From NCBI GenBank assembly GCA_963748015.1, contig CAVVHE010000004.1:864001-928000 (forward strand): a DNA stretch of 64,000 nucleotides, in the 5' to 3' direction. Below the pieces are notes generated by a model. The model was given only the letters and a program-made list of their open reading frames with translations, was not told the origin of the DNA and did no database searches. The position numbers were made by a program, and so were the translations under genes. Position 1 is the stretch's first letter. The number at the start of each line of letters is the position of its first letter. This DNA is from Terriglobia bacterium (GTDB taxonomy: Bacteria > Acidobacteriota > Polarisedimenticolia > Polarisedimenticolales > JAIQFR01). Below are positions 38,730-50,003 of the stretch, piece after piece.

Positions 38730-40840
38730 GCGCGCCGCTCCTGATCGAGATCGGCTGCGAGGAGATCCCCGCCCGCATGATCCCGACGGCGGCAAGGGAC
38801 CTCGGACAGCGGGTCGAGGCCCTGCTGGACCAGGCGGGACTGGCCCACGGCCGCTGCGCGGCCTGGGGCGGCTCGCGCCGCCTCGCCGTCCGGGTCGAGG
38901 AGGTCGAGGCGCGCCAGCCGGACCGTGAGGAACTGGTGCTCGGGCCCTCCGCTCGCGCGGCGTTCGGGAGCGGGGGCGAGCCGACCGCCGCGGCGATCGG
39001 ATTCGCGCGCAAGCAGGGAATCGATCCGTCGGTCCTGAGGCCGGTCACCACGGAGAAGGGGGACTACGCCGGTTTCCGGCGAAAGGTGCTCGGGAAGTTC
39101 CTCGGCGAGATCTTGGCCGGCGGACTTCCGCAGGCCGTGGAGGGGATGTCCTTTCCCAAGACGATGCGGTGGAGCGACGGGATCCACCGATGGGTTCGCC
39201 CCGTGCACTGGCTCCTCTCCTTGCACGGGGAGGACGTCCTCGCGATCGAGCTGTTCGGAGTGCGGGGGAGTTCGTCGTCGAGAGGACATCGTTTCCTGTC
39301 TCCCGGTCCGGTTCACGTCCCGCATGCCGACCGTTATGCGGGCGCGCTCGCGGAGGCGTTCGTCGTGTTCGACCCCGCCGACCGGAGACGCCTCCTGGCC
39401 CGTCGGCTCGGCGAGGCCGCGGCGCTCCTCGGAGGCGAGCCGGTGGAGGACCCGGCCCTTCTCGAGGAGGTGGTCGATCTGGTGGAGTGGCCGGGCGTCG
39501 TCGCCGGCCGGATCGACCCGGCCTACCTCGAGCTTCCGCGGGAGATCCTCGTCACGACGCTCCGCCACCACCAGAAGGCGTTCTCGGTGCAGTCGGGCGG
39601 GCGCCTCCTCCCCGCGTTCCTGGCGGTGGCGAACACCGACCGCGACCCGGCCGGCCACATCGCGCGGGGGAACGAGTGGGTCGTGGGCGGCCGCCTCGAG
39701 GACGCGCGCTACTTCTGGACCGAGGACCGCAAGCGCACGCTCGACTCGCGCGTGCCGGATCTCGCCGGCGTGATGTTCCACAAGACGGCCGGCAGCTATC
39801 TCGACAAGGTTCGCCGCACCCGGCTCGTCGCGGAGGCGCTCGCGGGGTCGCTCGGTCTCGCCGCGGCCGAGATCGAGGCGGCGGGCCGCGCCGCGGAGCG
39901 CTCGAAGGCGGACCTGGTCACGGGTCTCGTCGGGGAATTCCCCGAGCTCCAGGGAATCGTCGGCGGTCTCTTGCTCCTGCAGGAGGGAGAGGATCCCGAG
40001 GTGTCCCGGGCCGTCTACGATCACTACCGTCCCGCGGGGGCGGAGGACGCCCTTCCCGAGACGCCGGTCGGCAGCGTGCTGTCCGTCGCCGACCGGCTCG
40101 ACACGCTCGGCTCCTTGCTCGCCGCCGGCGAGACGCCGACCGGCTCGCGAGATCCCTTCGCGCTCCGCCGGGCCGCCAACGGCGTCTTCCGCATCCTGCT
40201 GGATCGGATGTGGCCGCTCTCCCTCGCGGACCTCCACCGAGCGTCGGCGCATTCCACCGCGGGTGCCGCGGACCCGCGCGTCTCGGCGTTCCTCGAGCAG
40301 CGTTTCCAGGACCACTTGAGGGACCGCGGCTTCACCGCGAACGAGATCCATTCCGTCCTTCGGGCGAGGGGAGGGTCCGAGTCCCGGTCCTGGCCGCTGT
40401 CGGACGTCGTGGCTAGGCTCGAGGCGATCAGGAAAGTCCGCGGCCGCCCCGACTTCGAGCACCTGGTGGACCTCACGAAGCGGGTCGACAACATTCTCGG
40501 AAAGGGAGCGGCGGAGATCGGCGACACGGTATCGCGGGCCGGGGGGCCCTCGGCCTACGTCGAATCCGAGCCCGCGGCGGTGAGGCTCGAGGCGCTCGTC
40601 GCGGAGTCGGGACCGACGATGCTCCGGAGCTCCGAGCAGCGGCGGTATTCCGACATCGTGGATCTCATCTCGGCTTTCATCCGTCCGGTGGAGCAGTTCT
40701 TCGACGAGGTTCTCGTCATCGACCCGGAGCGCCCGGAGGCGACCCGTCACCGCGCCGATCTCGTCGCGCGCCTCAAGACCCTCCTGGTTTCGTACTTCGA
40801 CATACGCGAGCTGGCCGGTCAGGCCGATAGGAGAGGTTGA
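38726..40840 (+). CDS. glyS: Glycyl-tRNA synthetase beta subunit
   Basis: [49 protein letters not shown]. Confidence 0.97.
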   Translation: MSAPLLIEIGCEEIPARMIPTAARDLGQRVEALLDQAGLAHGRCAAWGGSRRLAVRVEEVEARQPDREELVLGPSARAAFGSGGEPTAAAIGFARKQGIDPSVLRPVTTEKGDYAGFRRKVLGKFLGEILAGGLPQAVEGMSFPKTMRWSDGIHRWVRPVHWLLSLHGEDVLAIELFGVRGSSSSRGHRFLSPGPVHVPHADRYAGALAEAFVVFDPADRRRLLARRLGEAAALLGGEPVEDPALLEEVVDLVEWPGVVAGRIDPAYLELPREILVTTLRHHQKAFSVQSGGRLLPAFLAVANTDRDPAGHIARGNEWVVGGRLEDARYFWTEDRKRTLDSRVPDLAGVMFHKTAGSYLDKVRRTRLVAEALAGSLGLAAAEIEAAGRAAERSKADLVTGLVGEFPELQGIVGGLLLLQEGEDPEVSRAVYDHYRPAGAEDALPETPVGSVLSVADRLDTLGSLLAAGETPTGSRDPFALRRAANGVFRILLDRMWPLSLADLHRASAHSTAGAADPRVSAFLEQRFQDHLRDRGFTANEIHSVLRARGGSESRSWPLSDVVARLEAIRKVRGRPDFEHLVDLTKRVDNILGKGAAEIGDTVSRAGGPSAYVESEPAAVRLEALVAESGPTMLRSSEQRRYSDIVDLISAFIRPVEQFFDEVLVIDPERPEATRHRADLVARLKTLLVSYFDIRELAGQADRRG

Positions 40841-43584
40841 TGGAGAAGCTGGTCTATTTCTTCGCGAACGGCAGCGCCGAGGGGAACAGCGGCATGAAGG
40901 ACCTGCTGGGGGGCAAGGGGGCCAACCTGGCGGAGATGACGAACCTCGGCATCCCCGTCCCGCCCGGCTTCACGATCGCGACGCGCGCGTGCAACCTCTA
41001 CTTCGAGGGCGGCAACCGGATGCCGGAGGGGCTCGAAGGAGAGGTCCGCGAGGCGTTGCGGCGCCTCGAGGCGGAGCAGGGAAAGCGATTCGGCGACGAC
41101 GCGGATCCCCTGCTGGTTTCCGTGCGCTCGGGCGCGAAGTTCTCGATGCCCGGGATGATGGACACGATCTTGAACCTCGGCCTCAACTCGCGGGCCGTCC
41201 TCGGGCTGGCGCGGGCGGGAGGGGACCGGAGGTTCGCGTTCGACTCGTACCGCCGCTTCATCCAGATGTACTCGGACGTCGTGCTGGGGGTGCACAAGCA
41301 CGAGTTCGAGGCGCTTCTCGAGGCTGCGAAGCGGAGCCGGAAGGTGGAGCACGACACGGAGCTCACCGCCTCGGACCTCGAGGCCCTCGTCGGCAAGTAC
41401 AAGGAGAAGGTCAAGAAGGCCACGGGGAAGGCGTTTCCGGAGGACCCCGTCGCGCAGCTCTGGGGAGCGATCGCGGCGGTGTTCAGGAGCTGGATGAACG
41501 AGCGTGCCCGCATCTACCGGCGCCAGTACGGCATCGCGGACGACCTCGGCACGGCGGTCAACGTGCAGTGCATGGTGTTCGGGAACCTCGGCGACGACTG
41601 CGCCACGGGCGTCGCTTTCACCCGCAATCCCGCGACGGGAGAGAATCTCTTTTACGGCGAGTACCTGCCGAACGCGCAGGGAGAGGACGTGGTGGCGGGC
41701 ATCCGCACGCCGCGGCCGATCTCTCGGGCCCAGGCCGCGGACGGCGAGGGGACCTCGCTCGAGGAATTCCTGCCCGGCTGCTACGCCCAGCTCCTCGAGA
41801 TCCGCGGCCGGCTCGAGAAGCACTACACCGACATGCAGGACATCGAGTTCACCATCGAGCGCGGCACGCTCTACATGCTGCAGACCCGAACGGGGAAGCG
41901 GACCGGCCTCGCGGCGCTCAACATCGCGTTCGATTTGCACGAGGCGGGGGTCGTCGATCGCGACACGGTCATACAGCGCGTCGAGCCCGACATGCTGGTG
42001 CAGCTCCTCTCGCCGATCTTCGACGCGAAGGACAAGGAAAAGGCGCGGAAGGGCGGGCGGCTTCTCGCGAAGGGGCTTCCGGCCGGACCGGGGGCGGCGT
42101 CGGGCGCCGTGGTCTTCAGCGCGAAGCGCGCGGTCGAGCTGGCGGGGAAGGGGAGGAAGGTGCTGCTCGTGCGCGCGGAGACGAGCCCCGAGGACCTCGC
42201 CGGCATGGTGGCCGCCGCCGGGATCCTCACGAGCCGCGGGGGCATGACTTCGCACGCCGCCGTCGTCGCCCGCGGGATGGGTAAGCCGTGCGTGGTCGGC
42301 GCCGAGGCGCTGATGGTGGACGTGGACGCGGGACGGCTGCGCGCGGCGGGGAAGGTCCTCAAGGAGGGCGACGCCATCTCGATCGACGGGAGCACGGGAG
42401 AGGTGATTCTCGGCGAGCTCGAGACCCATCCCTCCGAGATCCAGCAGGTCGTCCTCGAGAAGACGCTGAAGCCCGAGCGCTCGAAGCTCTACCGGCGCTA
42501 CGCTCGCCTCATGGAGTGGGCGGACGAGCTCCGGCGCCTCAAGGTGCGCACCAACGCCGACACGCCGCACGACTCCTCGGTCGCGCGCGCCTTCGGCGCG
42601 CAGGGGATCGGCCTCTGTCGCACCGAGCACATGTTCTTCGCGGAGGACCGGATCGCGGCCGTGCGCGAGATGATCCTCGCCGACGACCTGAAGCAGCGGC
42701 AGAAGGCCCTCGCGAAGCTCCTCCCGATGCAGCGGAGGGACTTCGTGGGCATCTTCAAGGCCATGGACGGACTGCCGGTGACGATTCGCCTGCTCGACCC
42801 GCCGCTCCACGAGTTCCTTCCCACGGAGCCGGAGCAGTTCCGCAGGCTCGCCCGCGAGATGGGGGTGCCGGCGAAGAGCCTGGAGGAGAAGGCCGACCAG
42901 CTGCACGAGACCAATCCGATGCTCGGGCACCGCGGCTGCCGCCTCGGAATCACCTTCCCCGAGATCTACGACATGCAGGCTCGCGCCATTTTCGAGGCGG
43001 CCGCGGCCTGCTCCAAGAAGGGCGTCCGCGTGCACCCCGAGGTCATGATTCCGCTGATCGGAACGGTGAGGGAGTTCACCGACCTCGCCGCCAGGATCCG
43101 CGTGATCGCCGCGGAAGTCGAGAAGAAGGCCGGCGCGAAGGTGAAGTACCTCGTGGGAACGATGATCGAGATTCCGCGCGCCTGTCTCGTCGCGGAGCAG
43201 ATCGGCCGCGAGGCGGAGTTCTTCTCGTTCGGGACCAACGATCTCACCCAGATGACCTACGGCTACAGCCGCGACGACGCCGGGAAGTTCCTCGGCGCGT
43301 ACGTGGAGGCGAGGATCTTGAAGCGCGACCCGTTCCAGGGTATCGACCAGGAAGGGGTCGGCCGTCTCGTCCGGATGGCCGTCGAAGAGGGACGCCGCGG
43401 ACGTCCGGGGCTCAAGGTCGGCGTGTGCGGGGAGCATGGCGGCGACCCCGAGTCGGTCATGTTCTTCCACCGCGTGGGCCTCGACTACGTCTCCTGCTCG
43501 CCTTACCGCGTCCCCGTGGCCCGGCTCGCTGCCGCCCACGCCGCCCTCGCGGAGCGGGGCGCGTCCGGCTCCGGAACGGCGTAG
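40840..43584 (+). CDS. ppdK: Pyruvate, phosphate dikinase
   Basis: LLGGKGANLAEM, SVRSGA..SMPGMMDT, GGMTSHAAVVARG, GLCRTEHMF, SFGTNDLTQ, CGEHGGDP. Confidence 0.99.
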   Translation: MEKLVYFFANGSAEGNSGMKDLLGGKGANLAEMTNLGIPVPPGFTIATRACNLYFEGGNRMPEGLEGEVREALRRLEAEQGKRFGDDADPLLVSVRSGAKFSMPGMMDTILNLGLNSRAVLGLARAGGDRRFAFDSYRRFIQMYSDVVLGVHKHEFEALLEAAKRSRKVEHDTELTASDLEALVGKYKEKVKKATGKAFPEDPVAQLWGAIAAVFRSWMNERARIYRRQYGIADDLGTAVNVQCMVFGNLGDDCATGVAFTRNPATGENLFYGEYLPNAQGEDVVAGIRTPRPISRAQAADGEGTSLEEFLPGCYAQLLEIRGRLEKHYTDMQDIEFTIERGTLYMLQTRTGKRTGLAALNIAFDLHEAGVVDRDTVIQRVEPDMLVQLLSPIFDAKDKEKARKGGRLLAKGLPAGPGAASGAVVFSAKRAVELAGKGRKVLLVRAETSPEDLAGMVAAAGILTSRGGMTSHAAVVARGMGKPCVVGAEALMVDVDAGRLRAAGKVLKEGDAISIDGSTGEVILGELETHPSEIQQVVLEKTLKPERSKLYRRYARLMEWADELRRLKVRTNADTPHDSSVARAFGAQGIGLCRTEHMFFAEDRIAAVREMILADDLKQRQKALAKLLPMQRRDFVGIFKAMDGLPVTIRLLDPPLHEFLPTEPEQFRRLAREMGVPAKSLEEKADQLHETNPMLGHRGCRLGITFPEIYDMQARAIFEAAAACSKKGVRVHPEVMIPLIGTVREFTDLAARIRVIAAEVEKKAGAKVKYLVGTMIEIPRACLVAEQIGREAEFFSFGTNDLTQMTYGYSRDDAGKFLGAYVEARILKRDPFQGIDQEGVGRLVRMAVEEGRRGRPGLKVGVCGEHGGDPESVMFFHRVGLDYVSCSPYRVPVARLAAAHAALAERGASGSGTA

Positions 43585-43617
43585 GAGGTCTCGCACGCGC
43601 GCACCATCGGGATCTTC

Positions 43618-43646
43618 TTGACGCTCCGGGGGTCTGGGGCTATATT
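43618..43646 (+). promoter_or_regulatory. sigma70-type promoter of the dksA-like operon
   Basis: TTGACG, 17 nt spacer, TATATT. Confidence 0.75.
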
Positions 43647-43776
43647 GGCCCGCTTTTTTCAAAGCCGGCCGGCACGGAACGTCCGTGCCGGTTGACGGGG
43701 CGGCCGCGGGCTGGTTCCGCGCGCGAGGGCGCCGGGGCGCGGCCGGACCCGGCGTGCAGAAGACGGGAGACAACGA

Positions 43777-44532
43777 ATGACCACCAAGAGCGGCAAGGGG
43801 AAGTCGTCTCCGGGCGCCAAGGGCGTCAAGTCGGCCGGAAAGGCTCCCGCGAAGACGCCCGCGAAGGCCGCGGCGCGGAGCCGGTCCGCAGCCCCGAAGA
43901 CGGCGAAGAAGCCTTCCAAACCCGCCGCGAAGGCGGTGGCAGCCAAGCCGGCGGCCCCGAAGGCCCCCGCGCGCCCACCGGCGTCTCCGGCGCGGAAGCC
44001 GAAGGTCAAGCGTCGTGCCCGGACCAAGGAGTTCGAGCGCTACCGGCCCATCCTGCTCGAGCGGCAGCGCGAGCTGCTGCAGGCGTACAACCTCTCCAAG
44101 GGGGATCGCAGGGTTCATCCGGACAGCGGCACCGAGGATTACATCGACTACGCCGTGAGCTCCTACGCCAAGGAGTTCCTGCTCTCGCTCGGGGAGATGG
44201 ACCGCAAGCAGCTCCTGCTCGTCAAGGAGGCCGTAGAGCGCCTCGATCGAGGAGAGTACGGATCCTGCCAGCAGTGCAGCGAGGACATCAGCCCCAAGCG
44301 GCTCGAGGTCGCGCCGTGGGCCCGCTACTGCCTCCGCTGCCAGGACCTCGAGGAACAGGGACTCCTTCCGCAGTACCCGTCCCGGCTCGATACCGACGAC
44401 GGGGACGACGAGGAAGGCGAGGAGGCCCCCGCGGCGGAGGTCGAGGAAGAGTTGGAGACCGAGGAAGTCGAGGAGCTCGAGGAAGAGCCTCTCGGCGAGA
44501 CGGAGGAGGACGCGGAGGAGGCAGACGAGTAA
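43777..44532 (+). CDS. DksA/TraR C4 zinc-finger protein with basic N-tail and acidic C-tail
   Basis: DYIDYA coiled-coil tip motif; YGSCQQC..I...RL...PWARYCLRC. Confidence 0.9.
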   Translation: MTTKSGKGKSSPGAKGVKSAGKAPAKTPAKAAARSRSAAPKTAKKPSKPAAKAVAAKPAAPKAPARPPASPARKPKVKRRARTKEFERYRPILLERQRELLQAYNLSKGDRRVHPDSGTEDYIDYAVSSYAKEFLLSLGEMDRKQLLLVKEAVERLDRGEYGSCQQCSEDISPKRLEVAPWARYCLRCQDLEEQGLLPQYPSRLDTDDGDDEEGEEAPAAEVEEELETEEVEELEEEPLGETEEDAEEADE

Positions 44533-44559
44533 CGCTGCAACCCCTCCGAGGGAGCGCTG

Positions 44560-46248
44560 GTGCGGATTCTGCTCGCCTACCGGTGCAGCAGGGAGGGGCG
44601 GTCGAGCGAGTTCGAACGGCTCCTGCCCGTCGGCCTCTGCTCCCTCGCGGCGTTCCTGCGCCGCCGCGGGCACGAAGCCGCCCTGGCCAACTACAGCGGC
44701 GCTTCTCGCGCGGAGATCGAGCGGCACCTCCTCTCGTCGCGCGCGGACCTCGTCGGGATCTCGACCTTCACTTTCAATCGCTCCGCGTCGTTCGAGCTGA
44801 CGCGCATCGTGCGGCGCCTGCTTCCCGGCGCTACGATCGTGGTGGGAGGGCCGCATGCGAGCCACCTCCCCACGACGATTCTCGAGCAGCATCCCGAGGT
44901 CGATTTCGTGGCGATCGGCGAGGGGGAGCACACCCTCGCGGAACTGGTGGATCGGATGGGGAGCGGACGGGGCGGCGCCGGCCTCCGGGGCCTCGCCTGG
45001 CGCGCGGACGGGGAAGCGGCCTCCGGAGGCTGGCCCGAGCCGATCCTGGATCTGGATACGCTCCCCCTCCCTTTCGAGGACCACGAGGGTCACGGCGTCG
45101 ATCCCCGCACCCAGTTCGCGATCCTGATCACGAGCCGGGGCTGCCCGGCGCGTTGCACGTTCTGCAACACCCCGGAATTCTGGGGAAACCGAATCCGGTT
45201 CCGCTCGGTGGACCACGTCCTGCGCGAGCTGCGCGCCCTGCGGGAGGACTACGGTCTCCTCGGGGTCTCCTTCCGGGACGACACGTTCACGGTGAGCCGC
45301 GACCGGATCCTCGATCTCTGCCGCCGCATGAGCGAGGAGGAGCTCGGGTTCCTCTGGAACTGCCAGTCCCGGGTCAACGCGGTGGACGAGGAACGTCTCG
45401 TCGCGATGCGGCGGGCGGGGTGCTCTCAGATCCAGTACGGCGTCGAGTCCGGTTCGCCCCGGATGCTCGAGCGGCTCGCCAAGGGGATTAGGGTCGAGCA
45501 GATCGAGAGCGCGGCCCGTGCCACCCGGCGGGCCGGGCTCGAGTTCTCGGTCTTCCTGATCACCGGTGCCGAGGGGGAGGAGGAAGAAGACCTCGCGGCG
45601 ACGGAGGCTCTTCTGAAGCGTATCCGGCCGCACGGCGCCGTGGTGTCGCCGCTCGCCGTCTTTCCCGGCACCGCGGTATGGGAGAGGTGGGGGCGGGGGC
45701 GCGGCCTGACCGACGCGGCCTGGGACGAGGGGCTTCCGGAGCAGGTCTTCGCGAGGGCGGGGGACGCTCGAGTGAAGGCCGCGGTCGAGAGAATCGGGCG
45801 GCTCGTCTCGCGCGAGGCGCCTCGGAACGCTTACGGTCTCGAGGACATCCGGGGGCAACGGCGCCTCGTCGGCGAATGCCACGCGGTGGATCTCGCGGAG
45901 GCCGATCTCCTCGAGCGCGCGGGAAGAGACGCGGACGCGGAGATCGTTCTGGAGCGGCTCGCCGCGAGGGAGCGGAGGAATCCGTGGGGTCCCCTGCGTC
46001 TCGCGCGACTTCACCTCCGCACGGGACGCCCCGGGGAAGCGGCCCCCAGGCTTCGCGAGGCAGCGGAGCTCGCTCCGAGGAACCCCGAGGTCCATTCCCT
46101 CCTGGGCGACGCGCTCAGGCACCTCCGGAAGAGGGTGGCGGCGGAAGAGGCCTACGGGCGCGCTCTCGCGCTCGAGCCCGCGCACGCCGCGGCACGCCGA
46201 GGGCTCTCGCGTCTCGCGCGGACGGCCGCCGGAGGCGCCCGGCCATGA
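44560..46248 (+). CDS. B12-binding radical SAM protein with C-terminal TPRs
   Basis: DLVGIS, VVGGPHAS, GEGE, TSRGCPARCTFC, DDTFT, GVESGS; TPR helices at C-terminus. Confidence 0.92.
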   Translation: MRILLAYRCSREGRSSEFERLLPVGLCSLAAFLRRRGHEAALANYSGASRAEIERHLLSSRADLVGISTFTFNRSASFELTRIVRRLLPGATIVVGGPHASHLPTTILEQHPEVDFVAIGEGEHTLAELVDRMGSGRGGAGLRGLAWRADGEAASGGWPEPILDLDTLPLPFEDHEGHGVDPRTQFAILITSRGCPARCTFCNTPEFWGNRIRFRSVDHVLRELRALREDYGLLGVSFRDDTFTVSRDRILDLCRRMSEEELGFLWNCQSRVNAVDEERLVAMRRAGCSQIQYGVESGSPRMLERLAKGIRVEQIESAARATRRAGLEFSVFLITGAEGEEEEDLAATEALLKRIRPHGAVVSPLAVFPGTAVWERWGRGRGLTDAAWDEGLPEQVFARAGDARVKAAVERIGRLVSREAPRNAYGLEDIRGQRRLVGECHAVDLAEADLLERAGRDADAEIVLERLAARERRNPWGPLRLARLHLRTGRPGEAAPRLREAAELAPRNPEVHSLLGDALRHLRKRVAAEEAYGRALALEPAHAAARRGLSRLARTAAGGARP

Positions 46249-47423
46249 AGGACAGGGCGGCCGCCCTCGAGGTCCGTGTGTCGCCGCGCGGCGCCAGGCG
46301 CCTCGCCTCCGGTCACCCATGGGTGTTCCGCGACGACGTCGCGCCCCCCGGCGGGGCCGGGAACGGCGATCTCCTCCGCGTCCTGTCGCCGCGCGGGGAA
46401 GCGCTCGGTTACGCGTTCTACTCCACGGATTCCAAGATCGCGCTTCGCGCGGTCCGGCGAGAGGACGAGCCTCCCGGCCGCTCGTTCTGGGAATCGAGGC
46501 TCGACGCCGCCCTCGAGTACCGGGGGCGGTTCGTGGCCGACGGCACAGCGCGGCGGCTTCTCTTCGGGGAGAGCGACGGATTCCCGGGAGTCGTCGCGGA
46601 CCTGTACGGCACCCACCTGATCGTGCAGGCGCTGACGGCGGGGGCCGAGCGGCTCCTCGGGGAGCTGCTCGATCTCGTCGCGGCTCGCATCCCGATCGAG
46701 TCGGTGCTCGCGCGAAACGACCCCGCGGTGCGGACGCTGGAGGGGCTGCCGCGCGAGGTACGGCAGCTTCGCGGGGAGACGCCTCCGGAGATCGAGGTGG
46801 TCGAGGGAGAGGTCCGCTACGTCGTGGACTGTTTCCACGGTCAGAAGACCGGGGCGTTCCTCGACCAGCGAGAGAACCGCTTCGCCGCGGCCCGATACGC
46901 CGGCGGACGCTGCCTCGACGTGTTTTGCTACCACGGCCTCTTCTCCCTGCACTCGGCGAGGCGAGGGGGCGAGGTGGAAGCGATCGACGTCTCTCGAGAC
47001 GCCATCTCGCGAGCGGAGGCCAACGCCAGAGCGAACGGCCTGTCGAATGTCCGGTTCGAGGTCGGGAACGCGTTCGATGCGCTCCGGGATCGCGACCGGC
47101 GCGGAGAACGTTACGATCTCGTGATCCTCGACCCGCCCGCGTTCGCGAAGAGCCGCTCCGACGTCAACGAGGCGCGGCGCGGTTACAAGGAAGTGAACCT
47201 CCGGGCCATGCGCCTGCTCCGGCGCGGCGGCGTGCTGGTGACGTCGTCCTGCTCGTACCACATGGGCGAGACGGTCTTCGTCGAGCTGCTGGCCGAGGCG
47301 GCCGCGGACGTGGGACGCCCGTTCCGGCTGGTCGAGACGAGGACCCAATCGAGGGATCACCCCGTGCGCCTCGGGTTTCCGGAAAGCCGGTACCTGAAGT
47401 GCGTGGTCCTCGGCCTGATGTGA
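46245..47423 (+). CDS. RlmI-like PUA-domain SAM-dependent methyltransferase
   Basis: GHPWVF, ESDGFPG...D, GQKTGAFLDQRENR, LDVFCY.G.F, DPPAFAK, SCS, DHP...E..YLK. Confidence 0.92.
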   Translation: MKDRAAALEVRVSPRGARRLASGHPWVFRDDVAPPGGAGNGDLLRVLSPRGEALGYAFYSTDSKIALRAVRREDEPPGRSFWESRLDAALEYRGRFVADGTARRLLFGESDGFPGVVADLYGTHLIVQALTAGAERLLGELLDLVAARIPIESVLARNDPAVRTLEGLPREVRQLRGETPPEIEVVEGEVRYVVDCFHGQKTGAFLDQRENRFAAARYAGGRCLDVFCYHGLFSLHSARRGGEVEAIDVSRDAISRAEANARANGLSNVRFEVGNAFDALRDRDRRGERYDLVILDPPAFAKSRSDVNEARRGYKEVNLRAMRLLRRGGVLVTSSCSYHMGETVFVELLAEAAADVGRPFRLVETRTQSRDHPVRLGFPESRYLKCVVLGLM

Positions 47424-47449
47424 GCGCGCCGTTCGGGAAAGACGGGGAG

Positions 47450-47508
47450 AGGAAAAGAGAAAGGCCCGCCGGAGGTTGCGGGGGGCAACAACAACCCTCC
47501 GGCGGGCC
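47450..47508 (-). terminator. Intrinsic terminator of the mini-sigma gene
   Basis: 13-bp stem GGCCCGCCGGAGG (47463-47475) / CCTCCGGCGGGCC (47496-47508) followed on the minus strand by TTTCTCTTTT. Confidence 0.7.
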
Positions 47509-47526
47509 ACGAAAGCTGATGGAAGA

Positions 47527-47886
47527 TCAGGCGAACGAGAAACGCAGGTTCCCTCGATGCTGGAAGAGGTTCGCGCGGAGCTTGTCCTTCGCCTCGCGCT
47601 CGAGCTGCCGCACTCGCTCCCTGCTGAGGTTCAAGCTCTTACCGATCTCCTCGAGCGTCAGTTCCTTTCCGCCGAGGAGACCGAAACGGTTCCGGATGAT
47701 GTGGAGCTCGCGCTCGTCGAGGCTCACCAGCGCCCGTTGGACGAGGAAGCTGACTTCCTTCGTGTACAACTTCTCTTCCTGGCTGTCGCTCTTGGGATCC
47801 GCCAGGAGAGCTCCCAGCCTGCACTCTTCCTCGTGATCCACGTAATCGTCGATCGAGAGCTCTTTTTGCAGCAGCGGGATGAACAT
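47527..47886 (-). CDS. Stand-alone sigma70 region 3.2 + region 4 protein (119 aa)
   Basis: SIDDYVDHEEECRLGALLAD (3.2-like); LDERELHIIRNRFGL..TLEEIGKSLNLSRERVRQLE..AKDKLR (region 4); RBS GAAGGAG before ATG. Confidence 0.88.
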   Translation of the reverse strand: MFIPLLQKELSIDDYVDHEEECRLGALLADPKSDSQEEKLYTKEVSFLVQRALVSLDERELHIIRNRFGLLGGKELTLEEIGKSLNLSRERVRQLEREAKDKLRANLFQHRGNLRFSFA

Positions 47887-47920
47887 CGTCGGCTCCTTCA
47901 ACCCCCACGCACCTTCGTAC

Positions 47921-47937
47921 AGCAACCCTCGTGCCTG
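47921..47937 (-). promoter_or_regulatory. sigma54 (-24/-12) promoter
   Basis: Minus strand CAGGCACGAGGGTTGCT: GG-N10-GC spacing, near consensus TGGCACG-N4-TTGCW. Confidence 0.72.
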
Positions 47938-48010
47938 TTCCGCGGCGGATTAGACACAAATTAAGTCTTTTATTGACCCATAAGCCCTGTGATTGCAACA
48001 GCTTACGCTA

Positions 48011-48039
48011 TTGGCATTGCGCCCTATACCCTGTAGGCT
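48011..48039 (+). promoter_or_regulatory. sigma70-type promoter of mutL
   Basis: TTGGCA, 17 nt spacer, TAGGCT. Confidence 0.5.
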
Positions 48040-48139
48040 TGGTAGGGAATCGAAAAACACCGTTCGGGCTACGCCGCGCTGGCATCCGGTGGGGCCGGAT
48101 GTGCAAAAATGGCGCGGCTGCGGGGGGAAGGGAGGGCCT

Positions 48140-49933
<1,794 letters not shown>

Positions 49934-50003
49934 GGAGCAGTCCGGCGGATCGGGTGGCGGATCGAGTTGACGGGGAGCGCGACTCCCCGTATATAGGGAC
50001 TCG

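Noticed and set aside
43777..44020. Low-complexity AAG/GCC repeats as a DNA repeat array
   Set aside because: Explained by Lys/Ala/Pro-rich coding sequence; no fixed repeat unit
40819..46320. 1833-aa minus-strand ORF
   Set aside because: Antisense shadow of ppdK, dksA-like and radical SAM genes; stop-poor because of high GC; no recognisable motifs
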